Origin: Craspedostauros australis
Taxonomy: Eukaryota
Assembly (NCBI GenBank): GCA_030167865.1
Contig: JALAGF010002407.1
Location: forward strand, 1 to 64,000
Direction of reading: 5' to 3'
DNA: 64,000 nucleotides
The notes under the pieces are model-generated. The model had not been told where the DNA came from. It saw only the letters and a list, made by a program, of their open reading frames with translations, and did no database searches. This document shows, one piece after another, positions 35,828 to 49,127 of the stretch (positions within the stretch are counted from its first letter, which is position 1; each line of letters starts with the position of its first letter). A program made the position numbers and the translations under genes.

Positions 35828-38314
35828 TTATCTTAGCTTCGCCGGTGCCAACGCCACAACGAGGCATTCGATGCAACCCTTCACGTTCTCCGCAATCTTG
35901 CGATCGGGGCATTCCACCTTGACTTCAGCATCTCCTCCGTTTGGCCCACCGAACGTGACTGTCAACACGCAAGTCATCTTGCCCTCTTCATCTAGCATGA
36001 TCCCTGATTCCAATACTGCGTCAAATTCGATCGTGTACGACCCCTTGTACGCTTCGTACACCGCCTCGACGGCATTGAATTGGTCCAACAAGGTGTCCTT
36101 GATGAGGCGCAGGTGGCTCTCGGTCAGGCTGACGGTTTTCTCTGCTGCTCCTGCTGCTGTTGATGTATCCGGTTCTCCACCTTCCTCCTTGATCTTCTTG
36201 GTCGCTGGTTCACCGTCGACCATCGAGTTGCCATCGGTGGATGCGCTGCGTGGATGCCGACATGGTTTGCTCGTCAGTCGGATCGACGCGGCGCTGGTCT
36301 GCGCGTGCATTAGCAGTGCGACCAACGCATCTGCAACGATGTCGCCTGCGGGACTCGCCTCCCACACAACCAACGCGATGTTCGGTGATTTGCCCAGCGT
36401 CACGGTGACCTTGTCTTCGTGCAGTCCAAACTTGATGATGACGCCGTCCTTCGAATCCTGGTCTTCGTTCGTCTCCTCTGTCTCCGTCACGCCGGCAAAC
36501 ATCTCCGTGAGAAATAGACGCAGGGTATCGATGGAACCGACGAATGGGACGTGCAGCTTGCTGTGAATCGATCCCGTCCGCAGCGGCGTGTAAGTTGCGA
36601 GGTCCTCCGGTTTGACGATCTTTGATCGAAAGTTGTGAGTGACCAGCACGCCCTTCACGGACTCCCCTTCCTTTGGCTCCTCCTCTCTGGTGGCCAGCGA
36701 TCCCATGACCTTGGCGGATCGTCGACGTGCGAATTTCAGTGATACGGTCTGCAGGTTGGGCGGCATGGTGATCGTCGGTCGTTTGTTCTCCGGTTGCTGC
36801 CGGTAGTGCAGCAGCAGAGCGCTCTTCAACCTCCCCATCTCATCCTTCTGCCCATGTACCAAGATGATGTGCTTGGGGTCGACCTGCGTCATGAAGCTTC
36901 TGTTCTGCACGAAATCCACGTGCGCTGAGAAACTGACATAATCCACGAGGCAATTCAGCGGCTGCCGCCGTCCCTCCAACGTTACCACCTCCTTTGGCTG
37001 GTTCATGATCTCCTTCGCCAAGGTGTGCTCGACGGCGTATCCCGCAATGAGGACCCCGTTCTTGGGATCCGACGCCCACCGATCAAAGAGCTGCCTGGAC
37101 ACCCCGCTCTGGAGCATACCGGGCGATGCGAAGACGACGGAAGCGCCCGAATCGTTGAAGCTGTTGACGTCGATGGATTTGAGGTTTTGGATATACCGAA
37201 AACTGAACGGGTTGCTCACATCCATCTGCGAACGGATGCGCGCATTCATCATGTTGGCGTAGGTTTGGTACACACGCAGCGCGCGGGATGCCAGCTTGCT
37301 GGCGTACCAAATGGGAATGTTCTGCAGCTTGGGGTTGGACTGCCAGTATTCGTCCAGGATCAGCAATAGCTCCTGTTGAGGGCGCATGCGCATGCGTGTG
37401 CATGTACACGAACGTAGCAAGAGTAGAATAAAACGCAGCGGCAGACAGATCCAATCAGTTGTGAGATGCAGGTTTCTCGTGCATAATGCATTATACATCA
37501 GAACATCAGGACGTATGGTACGTCTCATGCTGCGCCTGTATCACCGTCGTCATCGTTGTTTTGACGATGTTGGGCTACGTACCTGCGCTCTGCCCAGGGC
37601 AAAGACGGGGATCAAGCATCGGCCACCGCGCGATACCACTCGTTCCACCGTTCCCGTAAACCGGGCCTCGCGCTCTGCCTTGCTGGCATGGACCTGCACA
37701 CCGTACGTGGCCTCCACCATAAGCACGTCCGGCTTCTTGGCCGGGATCTCGGCAGCCATCAAGTGACGATCATCCTCCATGCTGTAATCGCCGCTGTAGA
37801 GCACCGTCCGACCGCCGATCTCCATGAAGTACATGCAGGCTCCCAGAACGTGGCCAGCGTTGAGGGCATGGAAGCTGAGGCCGCCGACGGAGACGGTGGT
37901 GTGGTAATCCACGAGCTCCACCTTGTCGATGCAGGACTTGAGCTCGGCTTCCGTGTACAGCACGTCCTCATCCTTCGCGTTCTTCATCTGCAGCAACCGC
38001 AGGTAGTCGCCCAGCAGCAGGCGCAGCACCGCCTTCGTGGGGTGCGTCATGAAGATGCGTCCGCGGAACGAGGTGCGCTCCGTGAGGTACGGCAGCGACG
38101 CCGCATGATCGAGATGGAAGTGCGTGACGAGGAGGAGGTCAATCTGGTCCGGCTCCACCTGATCGAGAAACGGCAGACCGTTCATTCCATCGTAGCCAGG
38201 GTGGATACCGCAATCGAGCATGATGGTCATGCCTCTGAATTCCATCAGATGGCAGGATCGACCCACTTCCTGACCACTCCCCAAAGGGGTGATCGTCATC
38301 ACATCCTCGCTCAT
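35828..38314 (-). CDS. CPSF3: Cleavage and polyadenylation endonuclease CPSF73/YSH1 (MBL plus beta-CASP), ~758 aa; exons 38314-37583, 37372-35828
   Basis: PLGSGQEVGRSC, THFHLDHAASLP, AGHVLGA, GDYSMEDDRHL, PVFALGRAQ|ELLLILDEYW, FSAHVD and LVHG. Confidence 0.97.
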
Positions 38315-41300
38315 CTTTCAATGTGTGCTACTCTGCGTGATGCTGTGATGTTGCGATGGTGTGATGTTGTGATGTTGTGATTGGGTTTGGATGTGTTGAC
38401 ATGAGTTACATGGTCCAATCTGTTGCGCCACCGTTGGTTCGGTTTGTGTTTGGTTGGATCCGTGATTAGGTTTACGGATACTTCTTTCCGTGGTTTGTTG
38501 TCGGCTAAAAGAGGCGAATCTTCGTACCGGGAGGATATCGTTTACAATTTTATCCATTGAAATCTGCATATACGACTCGTATTTATGCAAGCGCTAGAAA
38601 AAGGTCTAGAACACACATTTTGTCTGTCAACGTACGATAGGCTAAAGACACTCATCGTAGAATAGAATAGGCTGCAACAAACCAGAGAGGGAGAGAGATG
38701 CGAAGACCCTACCGAGTCTGAAAGTGGAAGTATTGCGACGAGGAGAGGGACGATTGAGGGAAAACAGCATCAGCATTCCACCCGATGGGCGGGTCTGGCA
38801 ACAAGAGTGGTACCAACACGTGATTGCAGATGAGACTAATGCTGTCGATCGTAGGTTGCTGGGTTGTTGCTGCTGCACTAAGCTACTTGACATAGTTGTT
38901 TGGTGCTGTTCTCGTTCTTGTAGTTCTTGCCGTCAGCGTTCGTATTGTTGGTCTTGCCAGGTGTCGGCAGCCGTGCCGTGAGACCTGCATGCGTATCCAT
39001 GAAGCTGCAAAGACACGCATACAGGTTCTGTCGTTCCATCCCCCGTGCGGTGCACCCCTTCTCCGGAGGGAGGAAGAGGGAGAGAGAGATGATAGAGAAC
39101 GGAGAGTTTTCGATCTTCACGCATTCCCGAGGGCCGTGCAATCCTGTTGGTTGATAGTAGTACGGTACAGTGCCGTGCGTCGCCGAAACGCGAAGAGAAT
39201 GCGTGCCGCAATGCATATATGCATTCACAAAGTACGAGTACGATGTCCTGGCTATACCCAGAGAGAGATGTCCAGTATAGTAGAGCACTCTGCGACTCCA
39301 CGAGTTCTTCGTGAGGGAAGAGCAGAGCGATTCAAGATGCATCGCATCGTGTTGTTTTGGACGAGTCCGAAGCTGCTATTGAGAACAGTTGCGCAATACT
39401 CCGCTCCGTCACACCACGCATAATTGTCGAGAGGAAGGAGAGTCACAGCTCGAAGCGCCGCGACAGGGTGATGAGTCCTCTGGAGCACTCTGCGCTCTGC
39501 CCTTCCAGAGAGAGTTCGGATCTCACGGCTAATACAAGATGTCCACCTGCATGCGACAAGTTGGTCTTCGTGGTGGTGGTTGTTTTTGGCACAATCGCGG
39601 ACCGTGGAGGAAGACGCGCCAAGGTATCTTGGCCACTGCCGGGATTGGCCTGAGCGATTCTGTTCCAGCGTTTTCTTGCAGCGAGGCCTCAGCATCCCGC
39701 GACGAAGGTGTTGGCGCCACAGAGCGGTCGAAGAACCTACGTGCGAGGAGAGCGCGAGCGCTCCACCACCCTGCCCCCCTCCTTGGGTGGACGGTACTTT
39801 CCTTTCGCCTCCTGCCGTCGTCAACGCCATCGCCAATGCCAATGTTGTTACACTCGCCGTAGTAGATGTTGCGGACGACAGGGGACGAGCGAACATGAAA
39901 TAGCAAAATGTGGACGGAGAAATACTCCCGTCACTTTCCAGTCACCTCAGACGAAACAACGAATCGTGGCACTGCGCTGAAGGCGAAATGGCGAAGTTCG
40001 GCACGAACAAGTGATACAACACCGAGATACGACAACGACAACGAACACGAGCACAGTCTGACAAAACGTTTGATGAACTCTCCCTCAAGATACAAATGGA
40101 GATGGAGAACGGCTTCACTCCTCCGCTTCCCGCGAGGGTGTGGAGGCGTGGAACAAGACAAGGCAGACGATGATCAACACAATGCCAACATATATGGCGG
40201 TTGATACCTCATGGAGTGTATTGGCGCCTATCATGCAATAGGAAAAATACTCTTGGATCCTATCCGTAGACATTGGTGCCTGTCACGGTTTTACCTTGTA
40301 GAAGTATAATACCACACAACGCGCAACATGATGCAGTTGCCGAACATCTTGGGCGAGGCGCGGACAGAGTCGCTCTGAGGCCTTCCTTACAGTCATTTTG
40401 TGGACCGTCTCTTCGATCCTTCGGATGATTTGTTCGCTGCTGTGCCTCGTCGTGTGGCGCGGAAGCAGGTTCTGCATGCTCCACGTTGGCCGTGGCTGAA
40501 GTTGTTGCAGATGTTGCGACGCAATGTTGTGGTCCTGGCGCTGAAGAGTGCGTGGTTGGACTGTGAACTATGCACTGCGGACTATGAGGCTGGTTTCGTT
40601 GGAAGTCTTGGAGTTAATAAAGGGGCTGTGGTGTTAATGGTACCGACGGTGGCGGTGGTGGTGGGGCCAAAGAAGAACAGAAACCAAAATGGGCCCTTGT
40701 GTCACCATTCTTCACTCCACGGGAGTACTGAAATGGACATCGCCGACCAACCCAAGACCGTAGACGAAATTGTGTCGCCACATTTTCTATCTTGGTTGCG
40801 CCGTTGTGTCCACAACCATTTTCTTCCGTACCGCGATGCTCACACTCGATTCGCATTCACATTCTCCGCACAAAAGGTGACTGGTCAAAGGAACGGGCAC
40901 CACACCTCCGCACGATCAGCTGCCTGGTGATGCTGGCTACCAACAGCATCCAAGTAGTGCCATGAGCATCCTCTTCGTGCGCAACAAACCCCCCTTCTTG
41001 CCGTCAGAAATATCTCCGTCTTCGATGATGCCATAGATATCTACTCGTGCTTGTCGCCATGCCAGCCACGATGCCCCCTGGACCTGAGCCCCGTCAATCT
41101 TGGTGGGGCCTTTGGTGCTGTGAACGGAATATCCATGACCATCCACACACCAGCTACGACAGATGGATGGATGCATGAATGAACGGATTGGGAGAAGAAG
41201 AAAGACTTTGAACCTCCAAACGGACCTCTTGGATTGCAAGTTGTGTGCATCGGTCAAGCAACGACGGAACACGCCGTCCATACCCGCAGGGTATAGTCCT

Positions 41301-44300
41301 ACCCCTGTGCGGCAAAAGGGTCATACTCGACTCTCTCCTCAATCATGTCTGATCGATCACCCTGTGGTCCCTCACCTTTTCGCCCGTTTTTGTTGTCCTT
41401 TTGATGATCGCGCATTGTTCATCGTGTGGTTCGTTGTTCGAAGAGAGTGAGAGTGAGAGAGTGAGCCGCATCTCTCTGTATCTGTGCATATGTGAGTGTG
41501 TGTGTGTTCGGATTGGAGCGCAATGTTGCTTTGATCCACCATCGTGGAGCTCCCTGAAACATTCGTCCGCAGCCGTTGATGCATGCTGTGTGGCAAACTT
41601 CGTGGAATGGTACCATCTCACAAAATTGCGGTGAATTGATGTCGCCGTGAAGAGTCGTCGTACCAGGCAGCCTTGCTGGGGCATCGTGTTGGTGGCCATC
41701 GATCATCGGTCAGTGCTCAATCGTTTGTGGCCAGGCAGCGGCCATTCACATTCCTCGTAGATTAGGTGCAGCGACCGCCAACCCTGTGATGAAACCGCAA
41801 AGGGTATCATTGCGCACCAGAAGAAGGGGATGGTGGCAATGTAGCAGCAGATATCAGCATGCGGCAGGGAAGGTAGAAGCGCTGTTGCCACCAGCGAAGC
41901 GATGTCTTTGGACTCAACGACCTTGCTTCCACTCCGGGCGCGCTTCGCGGTATCGCGCCAGCAGAGTAATTGTGTATCCTTGCGGATGGGGTGCTCTCCT
42001 CTCCTCTGCTCGAGTCGATGGATGACATCGCCTCTTGATTGGCATCAGGAAAGTCTGCGACTCTCTCTGCCGCTTATAATTCTCAACTCCGGCAGCCCCA
42101 TGACGATCACAGCAACAAACCTCGACATCATCGACTCATGAACAACAGGACCCCAACATTGACACGAATGAATGCAAGTAGAACCTCTGTTCTCGTTTTG
42201 TCAATCAACATGAGGTTTTAAACATCCAACTTCGGTTTGGTGGGGAGGAGGGGACCATTGATAGAACTGATGTCGACAGGGAGCGTCTTTTGTGGAGGCG
42301 TGTCTGAGTATGTGCTGTGGAGACGCTGTTGATTGGGCAGAGATGACAAAAACATGAAGATGTGACGCTTGTCTCACTCTCGTGCCGCTGACAGAGTGCT
42401 TCACAACAGAAGTGGGGGTTCTGAAGCCATTGCCCACCAAACAAGTTGATCGCACACGCCGCAACGAGGGACCACAAGGATGACACCGCCACAGCATGAC
42501 AGTCGCCAGCCGGAAAGGATCTTTCCCAGCGCAGCGTGCTTCGAGGCATCGCCGAACAGACCTTGAAGATCGAATGTATGTTTGGGTGTCGAGTGTTGCC
42601 CCAATGAGATTCTTGGACTGTTCGTGCTGTGACGTGTGGAGGTCGATCCGAGCCATTCGACTACCCCTCTCTGATCTACTTGGGCCTCCGGAGACAGAGA
42701 GATAGGGAGTGATAGAGCACTCTGCTGTACCCATGGCCAACCTGAATCTTTGTTGGTGATGCCATCTGCAACGCCACAGAAGAAGTAATGGAACAGATGA
42801 ACAGATTGGCAGAAGGGAAAGCTGGCTCTCACATTTCGTGCGCACGAACACGTGCAGAGTATCTCAAATCGATGTTGAGACGTTCGCTCTGTTCGGTGTT
42901 CGTAGTACTTGAATGAAGACACATACAAACCCTTGCCCGCCCGCTCTCTCTTTCTTTCTCTCTCCCTCTGCTCGTTACGTACGGTCTACGCGTGGGAGTA
43001 CTCAGAGCTCGACAAGTGATAGAACAGCTGTATCGTTTCTGTTGGTTGGACCTGGGTGACGCACGACATGTTCCTATGTTCTTGGTTCGTGTTCGTGTCT
43101 GCCTCACACGTGTACAGGTACCATGTATTCGTACAAGCCCAAATGGAGCACACACAACGAATAGCCCGACACGTGTGACGAGTAATTTGAAGTAAATCAT
43201 TTGTTGCGATGATCCTGGTTGTGTCTCGCGAATGTGTTCTTGGCCTCACGCTCGTGTTTCATGACGGATCCTTGGTATCACACTAGAGCAATCGTAGTGT
43301 GTGCTTGAACAGCCCGTGTCCACACCATAATCATGATTATTCAACCACTGACAGTGACGATGAAATAAGCCTGCGATTGGTTCAACGACAGCAGCGAACG
43401 AGCGTGGCGTTTTTGCGCGATGGATGGCGCTTGTTGGGTTTGTCTGGTCGGTATGTCTTGTGGTTTCTGTGCCTGTCGTGGTGTGACCTACTTGCACCTT
43501 GTGCGAGGTATGCACTCCACGTATCACCACCTATCCCTGTTGTTGCTGTTGTTGTTGGAAGCGACGACGCCGTAGCTTTTGAGGAGCTCCGCATGCGCAA
43601 GAAGCAGGAAGGAAGGGAGATGAAGTGGATACGAGCTCTTCTACCATGCGAGAGAGCGCTGAAGATAGAACACGCAGTCATGAGCCGATCGCGCCAAATA
43701 GCGACTTGCCCTCTCGGCCAAAGCAGAAACACAGAGAGCGAGGTCCGCGTGTACAACGCACCAACATACGAGTAAACCGGGATCTGGTGGCCAAACGAGC
43801 TTCCCAATCCATCCGTTTGTCCGTTGATATCCGAGTTGCTGAACGGCCCCTCTGATCGGTATTCGCCGTGTCGGCATTAAATCTCGTGTTGTTTGCACGG
43901 ACTAACCACCAACACAGATACGGTTAAGTGTGGGAAAAGCGTGAAGGTTTCCGTTCCGGGACGTCCCGCGGTTCAAATAGCCCAACACAGCCCACGAGTT
44001 TGGTTTGAAGAGGATCCAAAATACACCACACGGATGTTGCAGCGAGGAACAATCGTTCCCTGTCGAGCTCTTCTTTCCTTCTGTGGCGCGCGCTTCTCCC
44101 GCACAACAGGATCCAAAGTCTCGTTTGGCTGGTGTTCTGGTTGTTGTGTCGTGGTTGGTGTTTCGTGTGTTGCCAACAGGTGTGTGTTTGTGCGAGGACG
44201 TCACAGTTCCAACACGACGAAATACGCATTTCAGCATCACTTTTTGCTTTTGGTGTTCTGCTTTCCCTCATAAAATCAAACACTCCCACACACAAGAGGC

Positions 44301-44394
44301 CCAACCAGCAAGTAACAAGCAAACAAGAAACAACACAATCAACACCAGACCTCCCCCAACAACCAGCATCATCATCATCAACAACAACATCACC

Positions 44395-45342
44395 ATGCCA
44401 CCATTCGACGGACCAGCCTCGTTCATGATCTCCCCACGGGACGTCACTCTCATCGGCATGACCGGAAGACAGGAGCCACAGAACGATATGGATGGTTGCG
44501 ATCGTCGCGGCAGTGATAGCAGCAACAACAGCAACCACACCACCATCACCAACACAAACAACTCCCCCAGGAAGAAGTCACTGAAGCCTTCCTCGTCATC
44601 GCTGTCATCGTCTTCCTCAACCACGGCGGCATCCCCGCAGCAAGGCCACCAGCACACCTCCACCACTCCCCAGTGCTGGGAACATGATGGCGACTGCGAA
44701 TCGCTCACCACGGCCACCAGCACGGCCGTCAGCACCGCCACCGGCACTTCAACCGCCGCACACGTCCGCTTCCTCGAGACCACGGACATCTTCGAGTCCG
44801 ACCTCCCAAGAGCATCAGAACTGTCGGATGACGACAAAGCAGGCGTGTGGTGGACAGAAGCAGACTACAGAGCATTCGACAAGAACATCGAAGCCTTGGT
44901 GAAGAGCATGCAGTGCAGACCTGAGTCGGTCTCAGGAACGGGCCTCTCCTACGGTCAGGTCATCCAGCGAGTGTACGATGCCTGCGTGGAGGCCACCAGC
45001 CAGGGCCTCTTCGAGATCCCCAGCGAAGATCAGGAGATGCTGGTGCGCTGGATGAAGCGCTCGCACAACAGACGCGGCCTCGAGTCCTTCCTGGTGGAAA
45101 CCCTCGCCATCGACCAACAAGTCACACAGGAGAAGACGCTGGAATCTGTCCGAAGGATGTACGAGAGTCGGGATGTTTACGCGGCCACGAAGGCCCTGGC
45201 GATCCAGATAAGGAGCACGCAGCTATCTCAAGCATCCAGGCTTTTTGCTCACTGCCTGGCCCTTGGCGACATGGAGTCCAACAAAGTGGAGCCAGCAAAG
45301 TCAAGAAGCAACGCCTCAAGAAGGTTCGGCAACGGCCGGTAA
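44395..45342 (+). CDS. Hypothetical protein of the diatom-type VRF...W...RGLE motif family, ~315 aa
   Basis: Intronless ORF with a low-complexity Ser/Thr/Asn N-terminus, then HVRF...VWWTEADY...RRGLE...SQASRLFAHCLALGD. Codon usage looks coding. Confidence 0.8.
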   Translation: MPPFDGPASFMISPRDVTLIGMTGRQEPQNDMDGCDRRGSDSSNNSNHTTITNTNNSPRKKSLKPSSSSLSSSSSTTAASPQQGHQHTSTTPQCWEHDGDCESLTTATSTAVSTATGTSTAAHVRFLETTDIFESDLPRASELSDDDKAGVWWTEADYRAFDKNIEALVKSMQCRPESVSGTGLSYGQVIQRVYDACVEATSQGLFEIPSEDQEMLVRWMKRSHNRRGLESFLVETLAIDQQVTQEKTLESVRRMYESRDVYAATKALAIQIRSTQLSQASRLFAHCLALGDMESNKVEPAKSRSNASRRFGNGR

Positions 45343-48300
45343 GAATCATGGACTACTCTGCTCCGCTCTACTCTAATTTTTAACACTATGTTCATATAAT
45401 ACCATACTTACAGACTGCTACCAAAACACACAATATTTCCTCAACCACAGCCCACCAGCAGAACATGGTACCTATTATACATAGCACGAAACACAAGACC
45501 CGACATTACTCCTCCAATGGTTGGGCCGCACCAGAAGCAGACTATCGGCGCTTGCTCCGTTTTGCGCCATCTTGGTTGCATGCTACGAGGCTTCGTGTCT
45601 TGCCTCCGCAAGTAACACCAGCCGGAACTGCCCTTCGTGGAGGCAGACAGAAAACGTCGTTGTGATTGCCTGCAGATGGAATGCGCCAATCAAAAGCGCT
45701 TGACAAGATTAGAATCTCTGCAGTAGCGATGATGTCACCCAATCAAAGCGGGACACCCAACTCACAACAAGTGGCCACATCCGAGGTTTGCGTATTGTTC
45801 CACTCACTGTCAGCGGTCCTGCTCACAACGCGGATTCGGTTTAGTTCATAAATCCGTGACAATGCGCAGTTGTGGCATGATTCTGGCCATTGTTAATGCT
45901 GACAGGTACGACCGATCGTACTGCGGTATCGTGACTCCCACATGGACCAGAGAGTGTGTGGCGGTAGAGTGGTTGTTGGCGGTTTCAGGTGTTGCCAGTT
46001 GTTGTTTGGAGATTCTGCACACGCTGTTGTTCTGGAGCAGAGAGAGAGAGAGAGCGAGAGGGAGAGGGAACAAACAACAGAGATGCAAGTGGAGCATAAA
46101 TCTTTCCACTGTTGCACTACGAACATCGTGAGCAGAGAGAACAATGGATCAGGACATGTCAGCTGTTCGAGTTCGGAGCAAGAGCACGTTTGATCAGAGG
46201 AGCCTCTTGAGCAATACTGGCAGCGCGATCGTACTCGACTTGTATCTCATAGCAGGTGCATTGGTGGCCATTTCTTTTATGGGCATGCCATAGCGTGCTG
46301 CGAAATTGCCAGAGTAACTCTTGTCCATGGCAACCACGTTCCGTCTTGTCCACCCTTGTTTGGAGACTAGCAAATTGTTCATCCAAACAAGCAAACCTTC
46401 TCAGGCTCGTGCAGCTCCCCTCACTTTACTCATACCGGTGATGCCTGTGGTCTTGCCACCAACACCAGACACACTGTTCCATTGGGCTTCCTCGAGTCCC
46501 TGTTTCTTAACCTCTTCGCTTCCAATCATGTCCGGGCAAGAATGCTGGTGCCAATCGCGAGAAGGATACCAAGGACGACAATGTTCCTGTGACGGCCGAA
46601 GGACTTCGTCCGCGCTCGGACATGCTCCACGATTTTCGTGATCACCGCAACCACCATCCACACAAACGTTCACGTCCACATCGCTGCACACAAGGATGGC
46701 AACATCATGGCCAACAGACGTTGCAAGAATAAAGCTGACGTGCATTGGCACCGCAACTAACATGCCACCTCTCCGATTGAGACCCTTTCGTGCTTCTATC
46801 CGGACTGATACATGAGGAGATCTCCCAGCCAACACTCTCTACTGGAGCCAACTTAAGGCAACTTGGATCGCATCGGCACCAGACACACGTCGCTAGTGGA
46901 TCAACCAATGAGTTGATTCGAGGGAAGCGGCATCGCTCCTTGGTGTGGTCTTGGTACGGTCTTGGCATTGCCCCGGATACAGGACGTTGGGCGTGACATT
47001 AGGTTCGACTTTCGCCCAGTGCATCCATTCATCCATCTCTCTGCGCTACTCGTGGTATGACGCAGAGAGAACATTCGTGAACAGATCATCGCAATGCTGT
47101 CATTGCAGTATCATGTCCTCCCAGAACAGCGCATGTTCTCTGCTGTGGGTAGACCTGCACAAGAGAGCATCGACGAGACTCCACCAGCAATAACACCGAG
47201 GAGCGGTTGTTTCTCTTCCATGTGTGTATGGTACGAGGATGTAAATGTTGGTGCGGTGCAGGTATCGTCCTCACGCACCCGTACAAACTAAACGCCTCAG
47301 AGAATCCGTCAAGAATAATGAGGCCAAGGTTTGCGGACCTCCGCGGCGGTCCGGACAACTTGGACGCTTTTGTTATTACAATAACAAAGGGCTCTCGCTT
47401 GGAGCAATTGGAGGTGCTCGTGCATGCAGCCGTTCATGTTGGGAGTGAGGGTTGACTTGAGATCGCCGTCAGAAAACGCGACTACTGGAAGAGTCAGCGT
47501 GGCAGTTGATCCTTGTCGTGAAGAAGGTATGGAACTGAAGCGAGTGGAATTGTACGAGCTGCGATCAGACCCACTTCGCCGAATTGATCTCGCATTCATC
47601 TTCTTCATCTTGTACTCGATCACGTTGGTGGCGATGATGCGCTTTGTATTCTTCGCGACGAGTATTGCAGGTGTGGTGACCTGTGCGGTGTTGGTGATGC
47701 TTTTTTGGCGCCAACGTCGGCATTGGCGTTGCTTCATTTCTTCATCCTTCTGTTCCGTGGTAGACCCCATTCCTTTCCACGACTTCTTCAACCGCCTCCT
47801 TTCGACTCTCTGCGATGTTCCACCTTCTTCGCCTTCTTGTTGGTCTTTGACACTGAAGTTGACAGATACCAGCGGAATACAGTATCTGCCTTTAGTTATG
47901 CCTTATACTACATCATATAATATCATGTGATTCAGCAGAGGAGTAGTCAAAGAGTAGTTGTCGCATAGAACCATCTCTCTACTATCCTACTGCTTGCACA
48001 CAGAGGAGGAGAAGAAGAACTCACCTCTCGAGCTGGTAAACCTTGAGGTATCACACTCTGGCGAGATGCTAACATATTCGGGACTGCTGTTTCATGTATG
48101 CATATCTCGGAGATACGATTGATCTTAGTCCAAGTAGAAGTTGCGGAGAGCAAGATCCTGCCACCTTCGGCGCCAAAGGTCATGTTCCTCGGTCCCTCCG
48201 CCTCTGTCTCTCTCGCTCTCTCTGTATGTGTGTCTGTCTCTTGCTTTGGAGAGTTCCAAGCGTCCAGGTGAGAGAATGTTCTTTGCGGATGTGATCCCAG

Positions 48301-49070
48301 TGTCATTGAAGTCATTCTGTGAAGAAGCAGGTGGACATGTTATGTACGATGCGGTACGGGCACCCGCGGAAAAGGAAACAAGCAAAGCCCAGAGAGTACG
48401 AAGGAGAACATGGTAATCGTAGCTTTGCATTTCCAAAGTTCAAGAGCCATTCATGCAAAAGAAGAGATTGGGATTGGAAGCGCCAAAGCGCGGAAGCAGA
48501 ACATGACATTGACGATCAAGCTCAACAGCTGCGAAGGCAGAACCAACAAAAGCAATTGAGTACTCTCCATTGGGATACCTTTCTCGCGAGAACGTACTCT
48601 ATGCATTCTCTGAGGTTCTCGAAGAATGTACGTGATGACCTCAATGGATCATGGAAGTATGGTGGCACGTTCGTGTCGTAAGATTGACCATGTGCCTGCT
48701 CGGATCGTGAAGGGGGCAAGTCTGTTGGCGAGGTGTCTCCCACTTCGCGTAATCTTCGTCTTCAAGGGTCAAAGGCAAGTCACATCCCATCTCCGGCAAA
48801 GCAAGTTCAACCATCACCAAGAGTGGTATGCCCATGATGCAAGTACAATGACCTTTGTTGCAAGTTGAATCTCTCTCGCTCTCTCTGGAGAGACAACAGA
48901 AAAGTGTGGAGCCGAGGTTGGTATGATACTCAGCTCTATTTGTTGCTATCGGCTGCCGCAACGACAACAAAGGGCATCGTTGGAAGGCAGTAGAATCGTA
49001 TAGATGGCGAGCTTGCTTTGACTTCCTTGTCTGCCACTGTGCCTGAAGTATGTACATGAACACGTATAGT

Positions 49071-49099
49071 GCACATGCACATGCACATGCACATGCACA
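49071..49099. repeat. (GCACAT)n hexanucleotide repeat
   Basis: gcacatgcacatgcacatgcacatgcacat, 3' of the rubredoxin-like gene. Confidence 0.85.
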
Positions 49100-49127
49100 T
49101 CCACTGCACACGCACATGCATGACTGC

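Noticed and set aside
47309-47930. Overlapping 160/168-aa ORFs as a gene or transposon gag
   Set aside because: No recognisable domain or zinc knuckle and no coding-type codon bias; kept only as possible debris.
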